Shown: positions 13,076 to 22,687 of the stretch, one piece after another
How positions within the stretch are numbered: the first letter of the stretch is position 1
Layout: each line of letters starts with the position of its first letter
Assembly (NCBI GenBank): GCA_002269645.1
Contig: NIVC01004357.1
Coordinates: 1-48,901, forward strand
Direction: 5' to 3'
Origin: Macrostomum lignano
Taxonomy: Eukaryota
Length of the DNA: 48,901 bases
The notes under the pieces: model-generated
Told to the model about the DNA's origin: nothing
Databases searched by the model: none
What the model saw: the letters and a program-made list of their open reading frames with translations, nothing else
Position numbers and translations under genes: made by a program

Positions 13076-13693
13076 TGATGGTTTAATTTGCCTATTGTAA
13101 GAAAATTGCTTAGGCTGACAATTTCCCATTGTAATAATTATTCACTTCTGATTAAAAGCAAATAGAAGTTAAGGTAAAATTCTCTCAAGAGTTTTGAGTT
13201 TGGTAGTGGATCTGGGTAACAAAATGGGAGAAACAGTTTGTTAGGTGTGTATTTATAACACTGTAAATGCAAAAGATGCTGATTGGCTAGTAGTTTGTAG
13301 CAGTGAAAAAAGAAGGAAACAGCAGTATGAGAATGCAATATAACGACTTAACGTAACAGTGAAAAACATAAAAAGATTACCAAAAGCACACTATACATAG
13401 TAAATGCAGTGTGAGTATTGATGAAGAGAAAGAACAACAATGTCATCCAAATTAAATTCAAACAAAAGTTAACGTGGAGCAAAAAATGTAAGGCAAAGGT
13501 AATCTAGTAGAATTTAAACAGTTTCAACAATGGAACAGCAATTCATTTAACAATTAAAAAAATATTTTGATTCCCGTACACTAATCCCGGCACATGTTTG
13601 ACGCAGTTGCAATTAGTCGAAAACGAATAGCCGTAAAGCTTATTAGCAGCAGCATACGAGTACACGGACTGGGGGAATATTACAAAAAACTGT

Positions 13694-15103
13694 CTAGGTT
13701 TCGCGAACATTTCTCTTTGATCTCTTTGAGCTCCGAGAAGGTTGCTGCTTTGTTCGCTTCTCCCCTTTTTTTATTGTCCCGCCGCCACTTAGCGCACTCG
13801 TCTTGGTTGAGGAGGACTGATCGGTCCCGCCGCTTCTTAGCGCACTCGTCTCGGTTGAGGAGGACTGATCGGTCCCGCCGCTTCTTAGCGCACTCGTCTC
13901 GGTTGAGGAGGACTGATCGGTCCCGCCGCTTCTTAGCGCACTCGTCTCGGTTGAGGAGGACTGATCGGTCCCGCCGCTTCTTAGCGCACTCGTCTCGGTT
14001 GAGGAGGACTGATCGGTCCCGCCGCTTCTTAGCGCACTCGTCTCGGTTGAGGAGGACTGATCGGTCCCGCCGCTTCTTAGCGCACTAGAATCGATCCTTT
14101 TCTTTTTCCGGCGGGCATCCAACGAGCAATATTTGAATGAATTGCGGAAAAGACCGTCTGGTAGAGGATTAGGAGAAGCAGCTGTGAGGAACTGAGTAAT
14201 TGTCCTCACAATATGACAATTCGCTGGCATACGAATTTGCTGCTTCTTGGCCATGCCAGACACGGTAGTCACGCACAATTCCGAGGTCGAAAAAAGGGAA
14301 CGAATGAGGAGTCTGGTGAGCTTTCGCAACTGCTTGTCACCCGGCTCGCGACGGAGTTCAGCGACCGCATGCTCAATAGCTGCCTTCTGCTCTCTTGTAA
14401 TAGTCACGTTCGGGGCGGACGCCAGAAGCGGCACTCGTTGGTCTTCTCCCAGAATCTCGGATATGACCTCGATCGATGGGGAAGCGTGAATAGCAGGAGC
14501 TACCAAAGCTGGGGTTTGGCTTGTTGCAAGGCTTTGAGCGGCAAAGTCTTGCATAATCCGAATAACGTTGGATTGAAATTCGGATGATTCGCCAGTCGTT
14601 CTGAGACGATCAATTTCTTGGCGCAGGTCATCCATCTCAGCATTAGCCACCTCCAAGCGCCTCTGCGTCGACTTGTGCGCATCCACCTCCTTCAGTAGCA
14701 AGTCGTGCCTTTCAGACGCTGCCGCTTTGGCGCTTTGAAGCTCGTTTTTGAGCCTGTCCATCTGCTCCTCGACAACGGCCATCTTTCGGTGCAGCACGCT
14801 GCAACTATCGCAATCCAAGTCGATGCAATAAGTTTCGTCTGGCAATTGACAACACTGCATAGCACGAGACGCAGCCTCCTTGTTATCGAACGGGCCCTTT
14901 AATAGTTCCGCCTGTAGCAGCTGAGGCTTTGTGTGTCGTGTGTTGTGGGACGATAAGTTCACCAACACTTTCGCGAATTGCTGTGTAGGCGCTGGTGACG
15001 GTTTCACAATTCTCCTTACAGATATTGCATAGCATTGTCTATTGTTAGTTTCTGTGCCTTGAACTACCCAGAATGGTGGGTTTTCGTAAGACAAGCTTGC
15101 CAT
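13694..15103 (-). CDS. Transposon accessory protein with coiled coil and BEN-like (DUF4806-like) domain, C-terminal 16-aa repeats, 469 aa
   Basis: Long intact ORF co-oriented with the transposase. LTRLLIRSLFSTSELCVTTVSG...IVRTITQFL...FRNSFKYCSLDARRKK (~14100-14330) follows the BEN pattern LxRxLFxxxEL...G...I...I/FxxxCxDxRRK. Heptad-like helix VVEEQMDRLKNELQ...LRQEIDRLR. Assignment by eye. Confidence 0.8.
   Translation of the reverse strand: MASLSYENPPFWVVQGTETNNRQCYAISVRRIVKPSPAPTQQFAKVLVNLSSHNTRHTKPQLLQAELLKGPFDNKEAASRAMQCCQLPDETYCIDLDCDSCSVLHRKMAVVEEQMDRLKNELQSAKAAASERHDLLLKEVDAHKSTQRRLEVANAEMDDLRQEIDRLRTTGESSEFQSNVIRIMQDFAAQSLATSQTPALVAPAIHASPSIEVISEILGEDQRVPLLASAPNVTITREQKAAIEHAVAELRREPGDKQLRKLTRLLIRSLFSTSELCVTTVSGMAKKQQIRMPANCHIVRTITQFLTAASPNPLPDGLFRNSFKYCSLDARRKKKRIDSSALRSGGTDQSSSTETSALRSGGTDQSSSTETSALRSGGTDQSSSTETSALRSGGTDQSSSTETSALRSGGTDQSSSTETSALRSGGTDQSSSTKTSALSGGGTIKKGEKRTKQQPSRSSKRSKRNVRET
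13777..14086. repeat. 48-bp coding minisatellite, 6 full copies plus a partial copy
   Basis: Unit TCCCGCCGCTTCTTAGCGCACTCGTCTCGGTTGAGGAGGACTGATCGG at 13777, 13825, 13873, 13921, 13969, 14017 and 14065 (partial); encodes SALRSGGTDQSSSTET on the minus strand. Confidence 0.95.
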
Positions 15104-16236
15104 AACTAGTGTTTTAGTGGGTCTCGGTTGACGTAGGGAGAACGGCCTCTTGGCGCTCTAACAACTGTAGAGCGTAGTCGTCGGTCGATGTGGCCCTCGA
15201 ATTTGGTAATCTGCAATCTGGAATGGTAGATTATGAATAATATTGATGTGGCAGCATTGATATAAAATCGAGTAACATTGATAAGGTAATCCTGCAAATG
15301 TTGTAGTGAGTGCATGAGTTGCACAGAAGTTTAACTAAAGGAATTACTAACGCAGACAATCCATGCATTTTTAATGGGATATTAGCTGGGCCAGAATTTG
15401 AAAATTAATACTTTATTATTATGGCGGTGTGGAGTGATGAGGTCTGAGACATGAGAATCTAGGGGATATAAAAAACAGGAAACGCAACCGATAAACTTAA
15501 AGCGTGCTTAACCTATAAACATGATGCTCAGCAAAATTAGCTTGTTGTGTATGAAACAGATAAGTTGAGATCAGTTGAGGGGGTAAATAAAAAAGCCGTA
15601 AGATAGGTTTCTCAAGTGAATTAATAATTTCACGTCATATTTTATATTACATATTTACTTCAAATGCAACATCGCTGAGGTTTGGCGCGAGTAGGGTAGG
15701 GTATTAAGAAGAGATTACTATTAGGAAAAATATTATTAGCAAAGTAAGGATGGGTGGAGGATGATGAGAAATAGACCGACGAGATAGAGAGGTGGGAGAG
15801 GAAGAGTAGAAGGGGGAAAACGATGGTGGTGAGGAAGAGATGGGAATGAGGTAGAAGATGGCACGGGGAAGAAGCGAGGATGCAGTGATTTAACAATGGG
15901 TTGAATTTCATTGTTGATAGTATGCAAAACCTATTCACAATCTACAAAAATATATTTCCATATGATATCTATCGTGTATAGTTTTAAATTTATGCTATTA
16001 TATGTCATATATGTAAATGCTTCTAGAAAATAGTTCTCTTGTGGGGTTCATTATATACAATTATGCACCATTTCCAATAGATCAGTAACTAACTGAGATG
16101 TAAGTTTTAAAGTAAAATGCCAAGTTACAATAGGAATAAATCTTATTATTCAAAATATATCCTTGAAAATAAATGCATAATTATGCCTATGCTATAGTCA
16201 TCTATCTAGGACGACTCAGGTCGCTCCATGGCGCCA

Positions 16237-16926
16237 CTATCCAAGCCAGTCTAAATAGAATATACTATTTACGTTTGTTTTCCGCGGCGAGAATTTCGAG
16301 CGCGACAGAGTTAACGTCGCACCCTTAAAAAACTTGAATGCCAAAATGGCATTTTGAATGCAAACTTGAATGCAAAGTCCGCTGCGCACGCCACGAGTAG
16401 TACATCGACCGGGACGCTGGCCGCCGCTGCTATCGTCGCGCTGGCCGCCGCTTCTGCCGCCGGGACGCTGACTGCCGCTGCTATCGTCGCGCTGGCCGCC
16501 GCTGCTGTCGCCGGGATGCTGGCCGCCCAGCTGCCGCTGCACGGTTTTTGCCCACTCTTGTTGGCGGCGGCGGGCCTCTGCTGCCTGCTGGCTACGACGT
16601 AGCTGGTCGCGCTGAGCCATTTCGAGCGCAGCCTTGCGCTCTGCTGGCGTAAAGAGCGCGCCAACTTTAACGCCGATTGCAGTCGTGATACGGATATCGC
16701 GCTGCACTCCGTCGGCGACGATGAGCGTTGGCAGATCGTGGAGGAAGGTGGTCCCCAAGTCGGCGTCTGTTGAGAGGCGTTCGCGAAGACTAGCGAGATT
16801 TGGCATGGATATGCCAGCATCGGCAAACACCTCCTCGCAGATTGCGAGTACTGCGTCGGAGGGAGGCGGCATATCTGAAATGTAGCAGAAAAATACGGAT
16901 GGAATGACTGTCATTTGCATACGCAC
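16237..16926 (-). CDS. Hypothetical transposon-internal protein or exon (probable start MPPPS at 16872); function unknown
   Basis: GC-rich ORF between two credible genes on the same strand, with a protein-like N-terminal half and a charged helix (RKAALEMAQRDQLRRSQQAAEARRRQQEW). A splice-acceptor-like TTTTTCTGCTACATTTCAG lies on the minus strand ending at 16875. No family recognised. Confidence 0.5.
   Translation of the reverse strand: MRMQMTVIPSVFFCYISDMPPPSDAVLAICEEVFADAGISMPNLASLRERLSTDADLGTTFLHDLPTLIVADGVQRDIRITTAIGVKVGALFTPAERKAALEMAQRDQLRRSQQAAEARRRQQEWAKTVQRQLGGQHPGDSSGGQRDDSSGSQRPGGRSGGQRDDSSGGQRPGRCTTRGVRSGLCIQVCIQNAILAFKFFKGATLTLSRSKFSPRKTNVNSIFYLDWLG
16411..16527. repeat. 51-bp GC-rich tandem repeat, ~2.3 copies
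   Basis: GGGACGCTGGCCGCCGCTGCTATCGTCGCGCTGGCCGCCGC... begins at 16411, 16462 and 16513; gives the GGQRDDSSG...RPG repeats in the 229-aa ORF. Confidence 0.85.
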
Positions 16927-17014
16927 TACATTGTGTTTTTGGTGAAATATAACCTGTACCTAGCAAATACAACGAATAATCTACATGCTTACAATTATTC
17001 AGTTGCCGGGAAGA

Positions 17015-19855
17015 TTAGGGAGCATGCCAGCCTTGAACGGTTGGAAGGACCGCTATGTGGGTGTCACTGACGGCGCAAGTACCAATGACAGCATCCGGTG
17101 ATATTTCAGCCAAGAAAGGAAGGTCACCGAAAGCATCGCATTCCAGCTTCGCAAAGTGCACGCAGCTACAACCGTCGGCACGACCGCTTAATAATCGCAT
17201 CGCCTGCCTGCTGCGCGGGGTTACAGCAGTTAGGACCAGCCGAAGTCTGAGTAGGATCTCGTTTTCTTGAGCAGCTATGGTCTCTATGCGAGCAAACGTT
17301 AGCTGGCAGTCTTGTTCGTCAGAACTGTCTTGGTTGTCTTGCTGTCTAGACAGAACAGCAACAAACGAGGACACCCTTGCACCTTCTGAGGTAGGCCTAG
17401 AACGATATGGGGTAAGTAGATGCCCGTGTGCAGTTGTTACAGACTTCACCAGCCCATCTTTGAACCGCTTCAAATGGCACTGCCCTATGTTGCAAGATGT
17501 CGCTCCTTGGCGCTCATGCAACACACTGTCTCGATGAAGAGAGGAAGCCAGTCGAATGCAGCCGACACGTTGGCGAAGTATCCGACAAACTTCTACATCA
17601 GCAAGCCTCTTGCCATGTAATGAGGACTTTAATCGGAAATGATTCGCCTCAAAAATACCGGCCGACGCCATTCGAAGTGGTCCAAACCGTTGGGCAGTTG
17701 GTACCATGTGCTCTGACACCATATGCGCGTTATAAGTGAGTGCGCTAGCTGAATAAAGGTGCTCCAGCAGTCTACCAAACGTAGTTAAAGATTTTTGGCA
17801 GAGTTGGATCTGAGACATGGGTGCACCTTCCCACGTTAGCCAGAACATGGCGCTTGCTAGCAAAAGGAGGTGGTAGTAGTGATCCTTGTGGTCTACTAGA
17901 AATTCCTCCATCACCATCGGTGCGATAATCAGCATCCAGGTCTCGTACTCGTGTCCCCGAAAATAGCCCATCTCGGATAGACTTCTGGGTGACCGTTGAA
18001 CACTGTCGGGGACGAAGATTCTCCGAATTGCCTTGTCGACTTCAGCAACCTTGCTATGAAGATCAGGACAAGCCGAAGCGTTAGGATCAGGCTTATTACC
18101 GCGCGCGTTGAATAGTTGCGCCAAAAGCCACCTCATCTGACCTAGGCAAACCTGATGTAGATAGCACGGCGGTGAATCTTCAATGTAGTCGAAATTTGAC
18201 AGGTTGACTAGAGGTGAAACGGCCTTCACGCCGAGATTATTCGCAGCCTTTGCGCCTTTTGTCTCGTGAAGCATGATGCTGTCATCCTTGGTGCGACGAT
18301 CCATATGTGAGCAACCCTTGTCAATGGCGAGCCTCATCGACAGCTGTGCTTGCGCCATAGTAAACTTGCGAGCGTACCCAGCCTTGACCTTGACAGACTG
18401 CGACTGTATGTAGCACTTGTCGCACCCATTGATGGAATTAAAGCGACACAAGCCCAACGTTTCCGCCCTTTGAGGTGCGTCCATGACGGCCATTAACGGA
18501 TGAAAGCGAATCGTGCAGGTGCTGACGTCATTGCCCGTGCAGAGACTCGCGAAAACGCCATCAGTTTGAAGACTGTTAAGGCTTTTAACTACAGTCGGCA
18601 TGAATGCAGCAGATCTTAGCGCTTTCTTGCCACTCCACAGACCGCAGGTAATGATAAATGTTGGCTTTAGCCTCTCGGGAAGCTCATTTATGCTTATGTA
18701 GACAGGACATAACTCGCAAGGGGATGTTCTGTACAATGGGAAGCCATCAACTCCAACTGTGTACGTCAGATCTGCTCGCTGACTGACGTTGATTCTGTTC
18801 TTAAATTTGGTATACGCCTGACTGGTCGACCAATGCAGAACATTACCCTCGACTTTCTGATCAGCTGGAAAGGTAACTTTTGAGAGCAAGCCGCGGCCTT
18901 CAATGGCGCACTGCAATTGCTCACGCGGGTCAATTAACCAGAAGCAGCCAGTGTTATTTTTTAAAAGTGTTTTACAATAAGAACACTCTCCTTCGCTTCG
19001 ACTTTGCACTTCGCTGCTGCAGTTGAGACAGTAAATGCTACAAGTAGCTGACAATTGGCCACCAATGGTCTTGTCAAACAGGTATCGGGTGTTAGGCATG
19101 ATGTTATCACTAGGCAGTAGGTCATGTAGCATGTCTAATACACTCTCGACAGCTGTTGTTGGCAAATGGTGCTTAACAACACATTCCTGGACGCGCAACA
19201 CTGCGCTTCCAAGGCTATGCCTTGATCCTTCGAACAAGGGCAATGTTAAACTAGGAGGTACTGCATCGATCTCAGGTTTGTCAGTATCCATTGCTGCTGT
19301 TGCAAATTCGTAGACTTCCACGTCACTTACGGCATACTCGTCTCCTACAGCACTTGTGTCAGAATCATGTTGAACTTGGTCGTTGGTGTCTGATACATTC
19401 AAACTCGTTTCTGTTGCTAAATGAAGAATTCTATCACACCATTCATCTATGTCATCCAAGTTCGTAGCCTGTCTGTTGCCATCTGGGAGTTCATCATGCG
19501 AAGAGACTGTGCAATCGCCTCCATTTGCTGGTTGCTCTGGAAGGCTCCTGCTCGGCGCCAGGTCGACATCTGTCAATTCCGCATTGACATGATTACAATG
19601 TTGATCACCACTTGGCGCTGCACACATCGTATTTGGACTAATTGATGCTAATTGTTGACCTTCGGTGCTACAGTAATGCAACTCAATACTATTGTCCTTG
19701 TGTTGATGATCAGCACTTCTTGCTCCATGTACTATCAGCCTACTTGTTGATGTCGGTTCTTGATCAGTTGATGCGACTGCGCCTGCTTTGCGCCATCTGT
19801 ACTCTCGCTGATACTGCTTTTGTGATTTGGCAGTAGGTCCTGATGCAGCAGCCAT
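17015..19855 (-). CDS. CMC/EnSpm (CACTA-type) DDE transposase, 946 aa
   Basis: Uninterrupted ORF. Motifs match the CMC superfamily: TVGVDGFPLY (candidate D1, codon 18746-18748), CPVYISINELP, MDAPQRA (D2, 18479-18481), GCDKC (C2C), YLH, FRGHEYETW, YNAHMVSEH (H4H) and FGPL...AGIFE (E, 17648-17650). N-terminal acidic region and CLNC...CSYC zinc ribbon. Confidence 0.93.
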   Translation of the reverse strand: MAAASGPTAKSQKQYQREYRWRKAGAVASTDQEPTSTSRLIVHGARSADHQHKDNSIELHYCSTEGQQLASISPNTMCAAPSGDQHCNHVNAELTDVDLAPSRSLPEQPANGGDCTVSSHDELPDGNRQATNLDDIDEWCDRILHLATETSLNVSDTNDQVQHDSDTSAVGDEYAVSDVEVYEFATAAMDTDKPEIDAVPPSLTLPLFEGSRHSLGSAVLRVQECVVKHHLPTTAVESVLDMLHDLLPSDNIMPNTRYLFDKTIGGQLSATCSIYCLNCSSEVQSRSEGECSYCKTLLKNNTGCFWLIDPREQLQCAIEGRGLLSKVTFPADQKVEGNVLHWSTSQAYTKFKNRINVSQRADLTYTVGVDGFPLYRTSPCELCPVYISINELPERLKPTFIITCGLWSGKKALRSAAFMPTVVKSLNSLQTDGVFASLCTGNDVSTCTIRFHPLMAVMDAPQRAETLGLCRFNSINGCDKCYIQSQSVKVKAGYARKFTMAQAQLSMRLAIDKGCSHMDRRTKDDSIMLHETKGAKAANNLGVKAVSPLVNLSNFDYIEDSPPCYLHQVCLGQMRWLLAQLFNARGNKPDPNASACPDLHSKVAEVDKAIRRIFVPDSVQRSPRSLSEMGYFRGHEYETWMLIIAPMVMEEFLVDHKDHYYHLLLLASAMFWLTWEGAPMSQIQLCQKSLTTFGRLLEHLYSASALTYNAHMVSEHMVPTAQRFGPLRMASAGIFEANHFRLKSSLHGKRLADVEVCRILRQRVGCIRLASSLHRDSVLHERQGATSCNIGQCHLKRFKDGLVKSVTTAHGHLLTPYRSRPTSEGARVSSFVAVLSRQQDNQDSSDEQDCQLTFARIETIAAQENEILLRLRLVLTAVTPRSRQAMRLLSGRADGCSCVHFAKLECDAFGDLPFLAEISPDAVIGTCAVSDTHIAVLPTVQGWHAP

Positions 19856-20067
19856 TGGAGCCTGGCGCTTGCGCCGAAGATCATTGTACTGTTTAAAATA
19901 CTCGCCTCGTTTAGTCTTCTGAAATGGACATTTTGCATGCTAAATAATGGATGCCATACAAAGACTAATTTAATAAAATCCATCTTTTCACTTGTGCATC
20001 TCCAGAATATCATAAAGTAACCCAGGATAACTGGTTTAATGGTGTTGACTTTAAAGAAAAATTATTA

Positions 20068-20109
20068 TCTTCTCTTAACTAAATATATAAAACACAAAAC
20101 TCTGTCCAT

Positions 20110-20140
<31 letters not shown>

Positions 20141-22072
20141 AGTCTGTGTAGCGGCTTTATTTATTTTTAAAGTGGCTACACAGATTATTATTCACACAGA
20201 TTACACAGATTATTATTCCCATATTGGTACAGTAGAGCATGTGCTGGCAACCCAATAACCAGAGTAAACTTCTATCTAATTAGGGATAAATCTGAAATAT
20301 TCAATATCTTAGAAACCTTTTCTTGGTTTACCTTCAAATTTTCAGTGGAGTCTAGTTATATTATGACATATATTTGACAATATATATAATATATGAAGTC
20401 AATACATATAATTTCTTGCATATTAATACAAAAATGTGATTCTGATTTTCAGATAAATAAGTAGACCAATTTTGGATTTGCTCCAACAAGGTAAAATTAA
20501 ATTATCTAAGACTGAAAATGTGTAAATACAGAAGCAACTTCATGTAACCTATAGACTAATACTATTCTTTACCATTGTACAATTAAATCCAGTCATAAAA
20601 TAATACCAAATTTTATATGTAAAGGCTACAACAGGCAGACTACTATTATTTTATACAAAATTAACTGTATAGAATCTTAGAATTATGAGTCTAGATTATT
20701 GTAAAAATTGTAAAAAAAGTCTTTATGCATAAATATAAAAATAAATAGGATAAAATATCAGTACTTCAAGAATCCCAGGATCATTTTAAAACTTATTTAA
20801 ATTTCATAACAATGCAAATCATATTTCATGAAGACAATTATTGTATACAATTATATACTAGTTTTTGCTTTACTAGAACTAAAGCTTCTTTCATAATATT
20901 TCTATCTAGAGCTTTAATAAGTCTGGTTTTACCAATTTAAATCAGAGTTTTAATTGATAAAGACCTTTGTTTCATGACCTTCATACTCACATGACCATCT
21001 TAATCACATATATACATTTGACCATCACATGGAATTGTCCAGGTATTATATAGTTTTAGCAGGCTAACAAGTAATGGCTGATCAAACTAGCTTAAAATTA
21101 TATATGCATGTATACTAGAAAGTATCATAAAAATTGCATTCAACTACTATAGTGATATAGTACAAAGGACATACTTAGTGGCAATGCCAAAAATATTGTA
21201 GTTATAATTTTTTGACTCTAATGCCATGCAAATATGAAATTAACAAATTAAAGTTAAAATTAGTATTTATTCCTATAACCTGTTTGGTTCAGCTTGTTTT
21301 GTTTAATGCAACAAAATGATACAAATTTAATACATAAATATAGTGCTTCTGCTTAATTTCTCTTTAATTTTGACTGATTAAAATAACCTCAGTTGAAATA
21401 TATTTTCGTAGGCATACTCATTTTAAGCTCTAATACTTAATTTCCAAAATTTCAAATTGGCATATGAATGCACATTTTTTAATAAAAAGTTACTTAGCTA
21501 TTTCTACTGATACATGCAGTTCATTCATATCAGTCTAATTTAGTTTAAATTTTTACAAAACATCTTTTCTGAGTGTGTAATAGAAAACATGGATTGTTGT
21601 ACCTGGTTAATATGACATTATGATCAGGAATTGTGTACTTGAAAAATAAGAAATATTACCACTATGTCTAGTTCATGCCTACAATTATCAACCTACTTTT
21701 GCATAATTTACCTTAGCAAACAAGCAAAACTAGACGCTAATTTCTTTAAAATAAAAAACGACTATGTGATGCTATCTAAACACTATCACGTATTAACATA
21801 CATTGTATGTACCCTGGATGTTCGTTAATAAAAAGTAAGATTTCATATAGGCCTAGCTAAAATTAACACCTGCATACAAACTCTACGGAAGTTCCATCTG
21901 TAAATTCGATTATGATCTATAGAAAACGATTTAGTATAGGTGGATTTATGAGAGTCACGAGAGTCTGGAGATATTACACAAAGATAACATCATAATGTAA
22001 CACATTAAGTAAATTATCTTCCCAGGTTGCCTAAGATGTCTGATGATAAGCGCAATATCAGAATATAGCTAG
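20068..22072 (+). mobile_element. Possible non-autonomous Helitron-like insertion nested in the transposon's non-coding 5' region
   Basis: Starts A|TCTTCTCTTAACTAAATATATAAAAC followed by a (TG)n tract (20111-20140). Candidate end: hairpin TCTGAT..ATCAGA (22039-22062), then CTAG|T (22069-22073). The interval is much more AT-rich than the ORFs. The 3' end is weakly supported. Confidence 0.4.
20111..20140. repeat. (TG)n microsatellite
   Basis: TGTCTGTGTGTGTGTGTGTGTGTGTGTGTG read directly. Confidence 0.95.
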
Positions 22073-22289
22073 TAGTATGGCCGCTGGTGGTGCACGCCAT
22101 GACTGGCGCATCAGTCATTTAAAATAGATCGATATATTGGGCAGATAAATTTAACTTTTAACAAATACCATCATCAGCATGATACTTATTAAACATGGTT
22201 CCGACCTTTAAAGTTGCTTTCGAGAACTTCTACTGCATTCATAATTTAATTAACATCGTACTTGTTCTTTCCGAGGCACACCTCATATG

Positions 22290-22660
22290 AAAGTTACCAG
22301 ATGTTACCAAATTATTAGAAAAGTTCCCAAAAGTTTCCGTACGTAATGAGTCATGCAGGGCGCCCGCCACTCATGAGGCCACTGATAAGTTACCATAAGT
22401 TGCCGAAAATTCCCAAAAACTCACCAAAAAGTGCTAAAAGCTACCAAAAGTTTCCAAAATGTTGCCATTTTTTTACCTCTCCAAAAAGTTACCAAAAGTT
22501 ACCATTCGCCGCGCTCAATGTTCCTAAAAGTTGCCAAACAGATAGCCAATCAGCGCACGCCATGGCGGCGCCCACCTCTTAAACTTGAAAAGTAACCAAA
22601 AGTTACCAAAATTTACCACTATTTAGCCATAAATTGCCATAAGCTACCAAATGTTCCCAC
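22290..22660. repeat. Right subterminal repeat region: dispersed AAAAGTT(A/C/G)CC-like motifs
   Basis: Many copies or variants such as AAAAGTTACCAAAAGTTACC, AAGTTCCCAAAAGTTTCC and AAAAGTAACCAAAAGTTACC; same motif as the left end. Confidence 0.85.
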
Positions 22661-22664
22661 AAAT

Positions 22665-22687
22665 TGTTCCCATAATTTTTCAACGGG
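22665..22687 (-). repeat. Right terminal inverted repeat of the CMC/EnSpm element
   Basis: TGTTCCCATAATTTTTCAACGGG; its reverse complement matches 12686-12708. Confidence 0.95.

Larger units (their letters stand above)
12686..22687 (-). mobile_element. CMC/EnSpm (CACTA-superfamily) DNA transposon, apparently complete and potentially autonomous, 10,002 bp
   Basis: Left end CCCGTTGAAAAATTATGG (12686) and right end CCATAATTTTTCAACGGG (ending 22687) are perfect 18-bp inverted repeats. ACT flanks both sides (12683-12685, 22688-22690). Other array units carry the uninterrupted site GACA-ACT-CCTCC (e.g. 41846-41857). The element contains a CMC-type transposase ORF and subterminal repeats. Confidence 0.93.

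Noticed and set aside
13594-14088. 164-aa + strand ORF with RRFLAHSSRLRRTDRS repeats, and other ORFs antisense to or overlapping the transposon genes (e.g. 14213-14587, 16311-16826, 16354-16602, 17055-17739)
   Set aside because: Shadows of the minus-strand coding sequences and the 48-bp or 51-bp repeats.
22099-22118. Hairpin ATGACTG-GCGCAT-CAGTCAT as an alternative end of the nested Helitron-like insert
   Set aside because: No CTRR follows within ~12 nt; the 22039-22072 candidate fits better.
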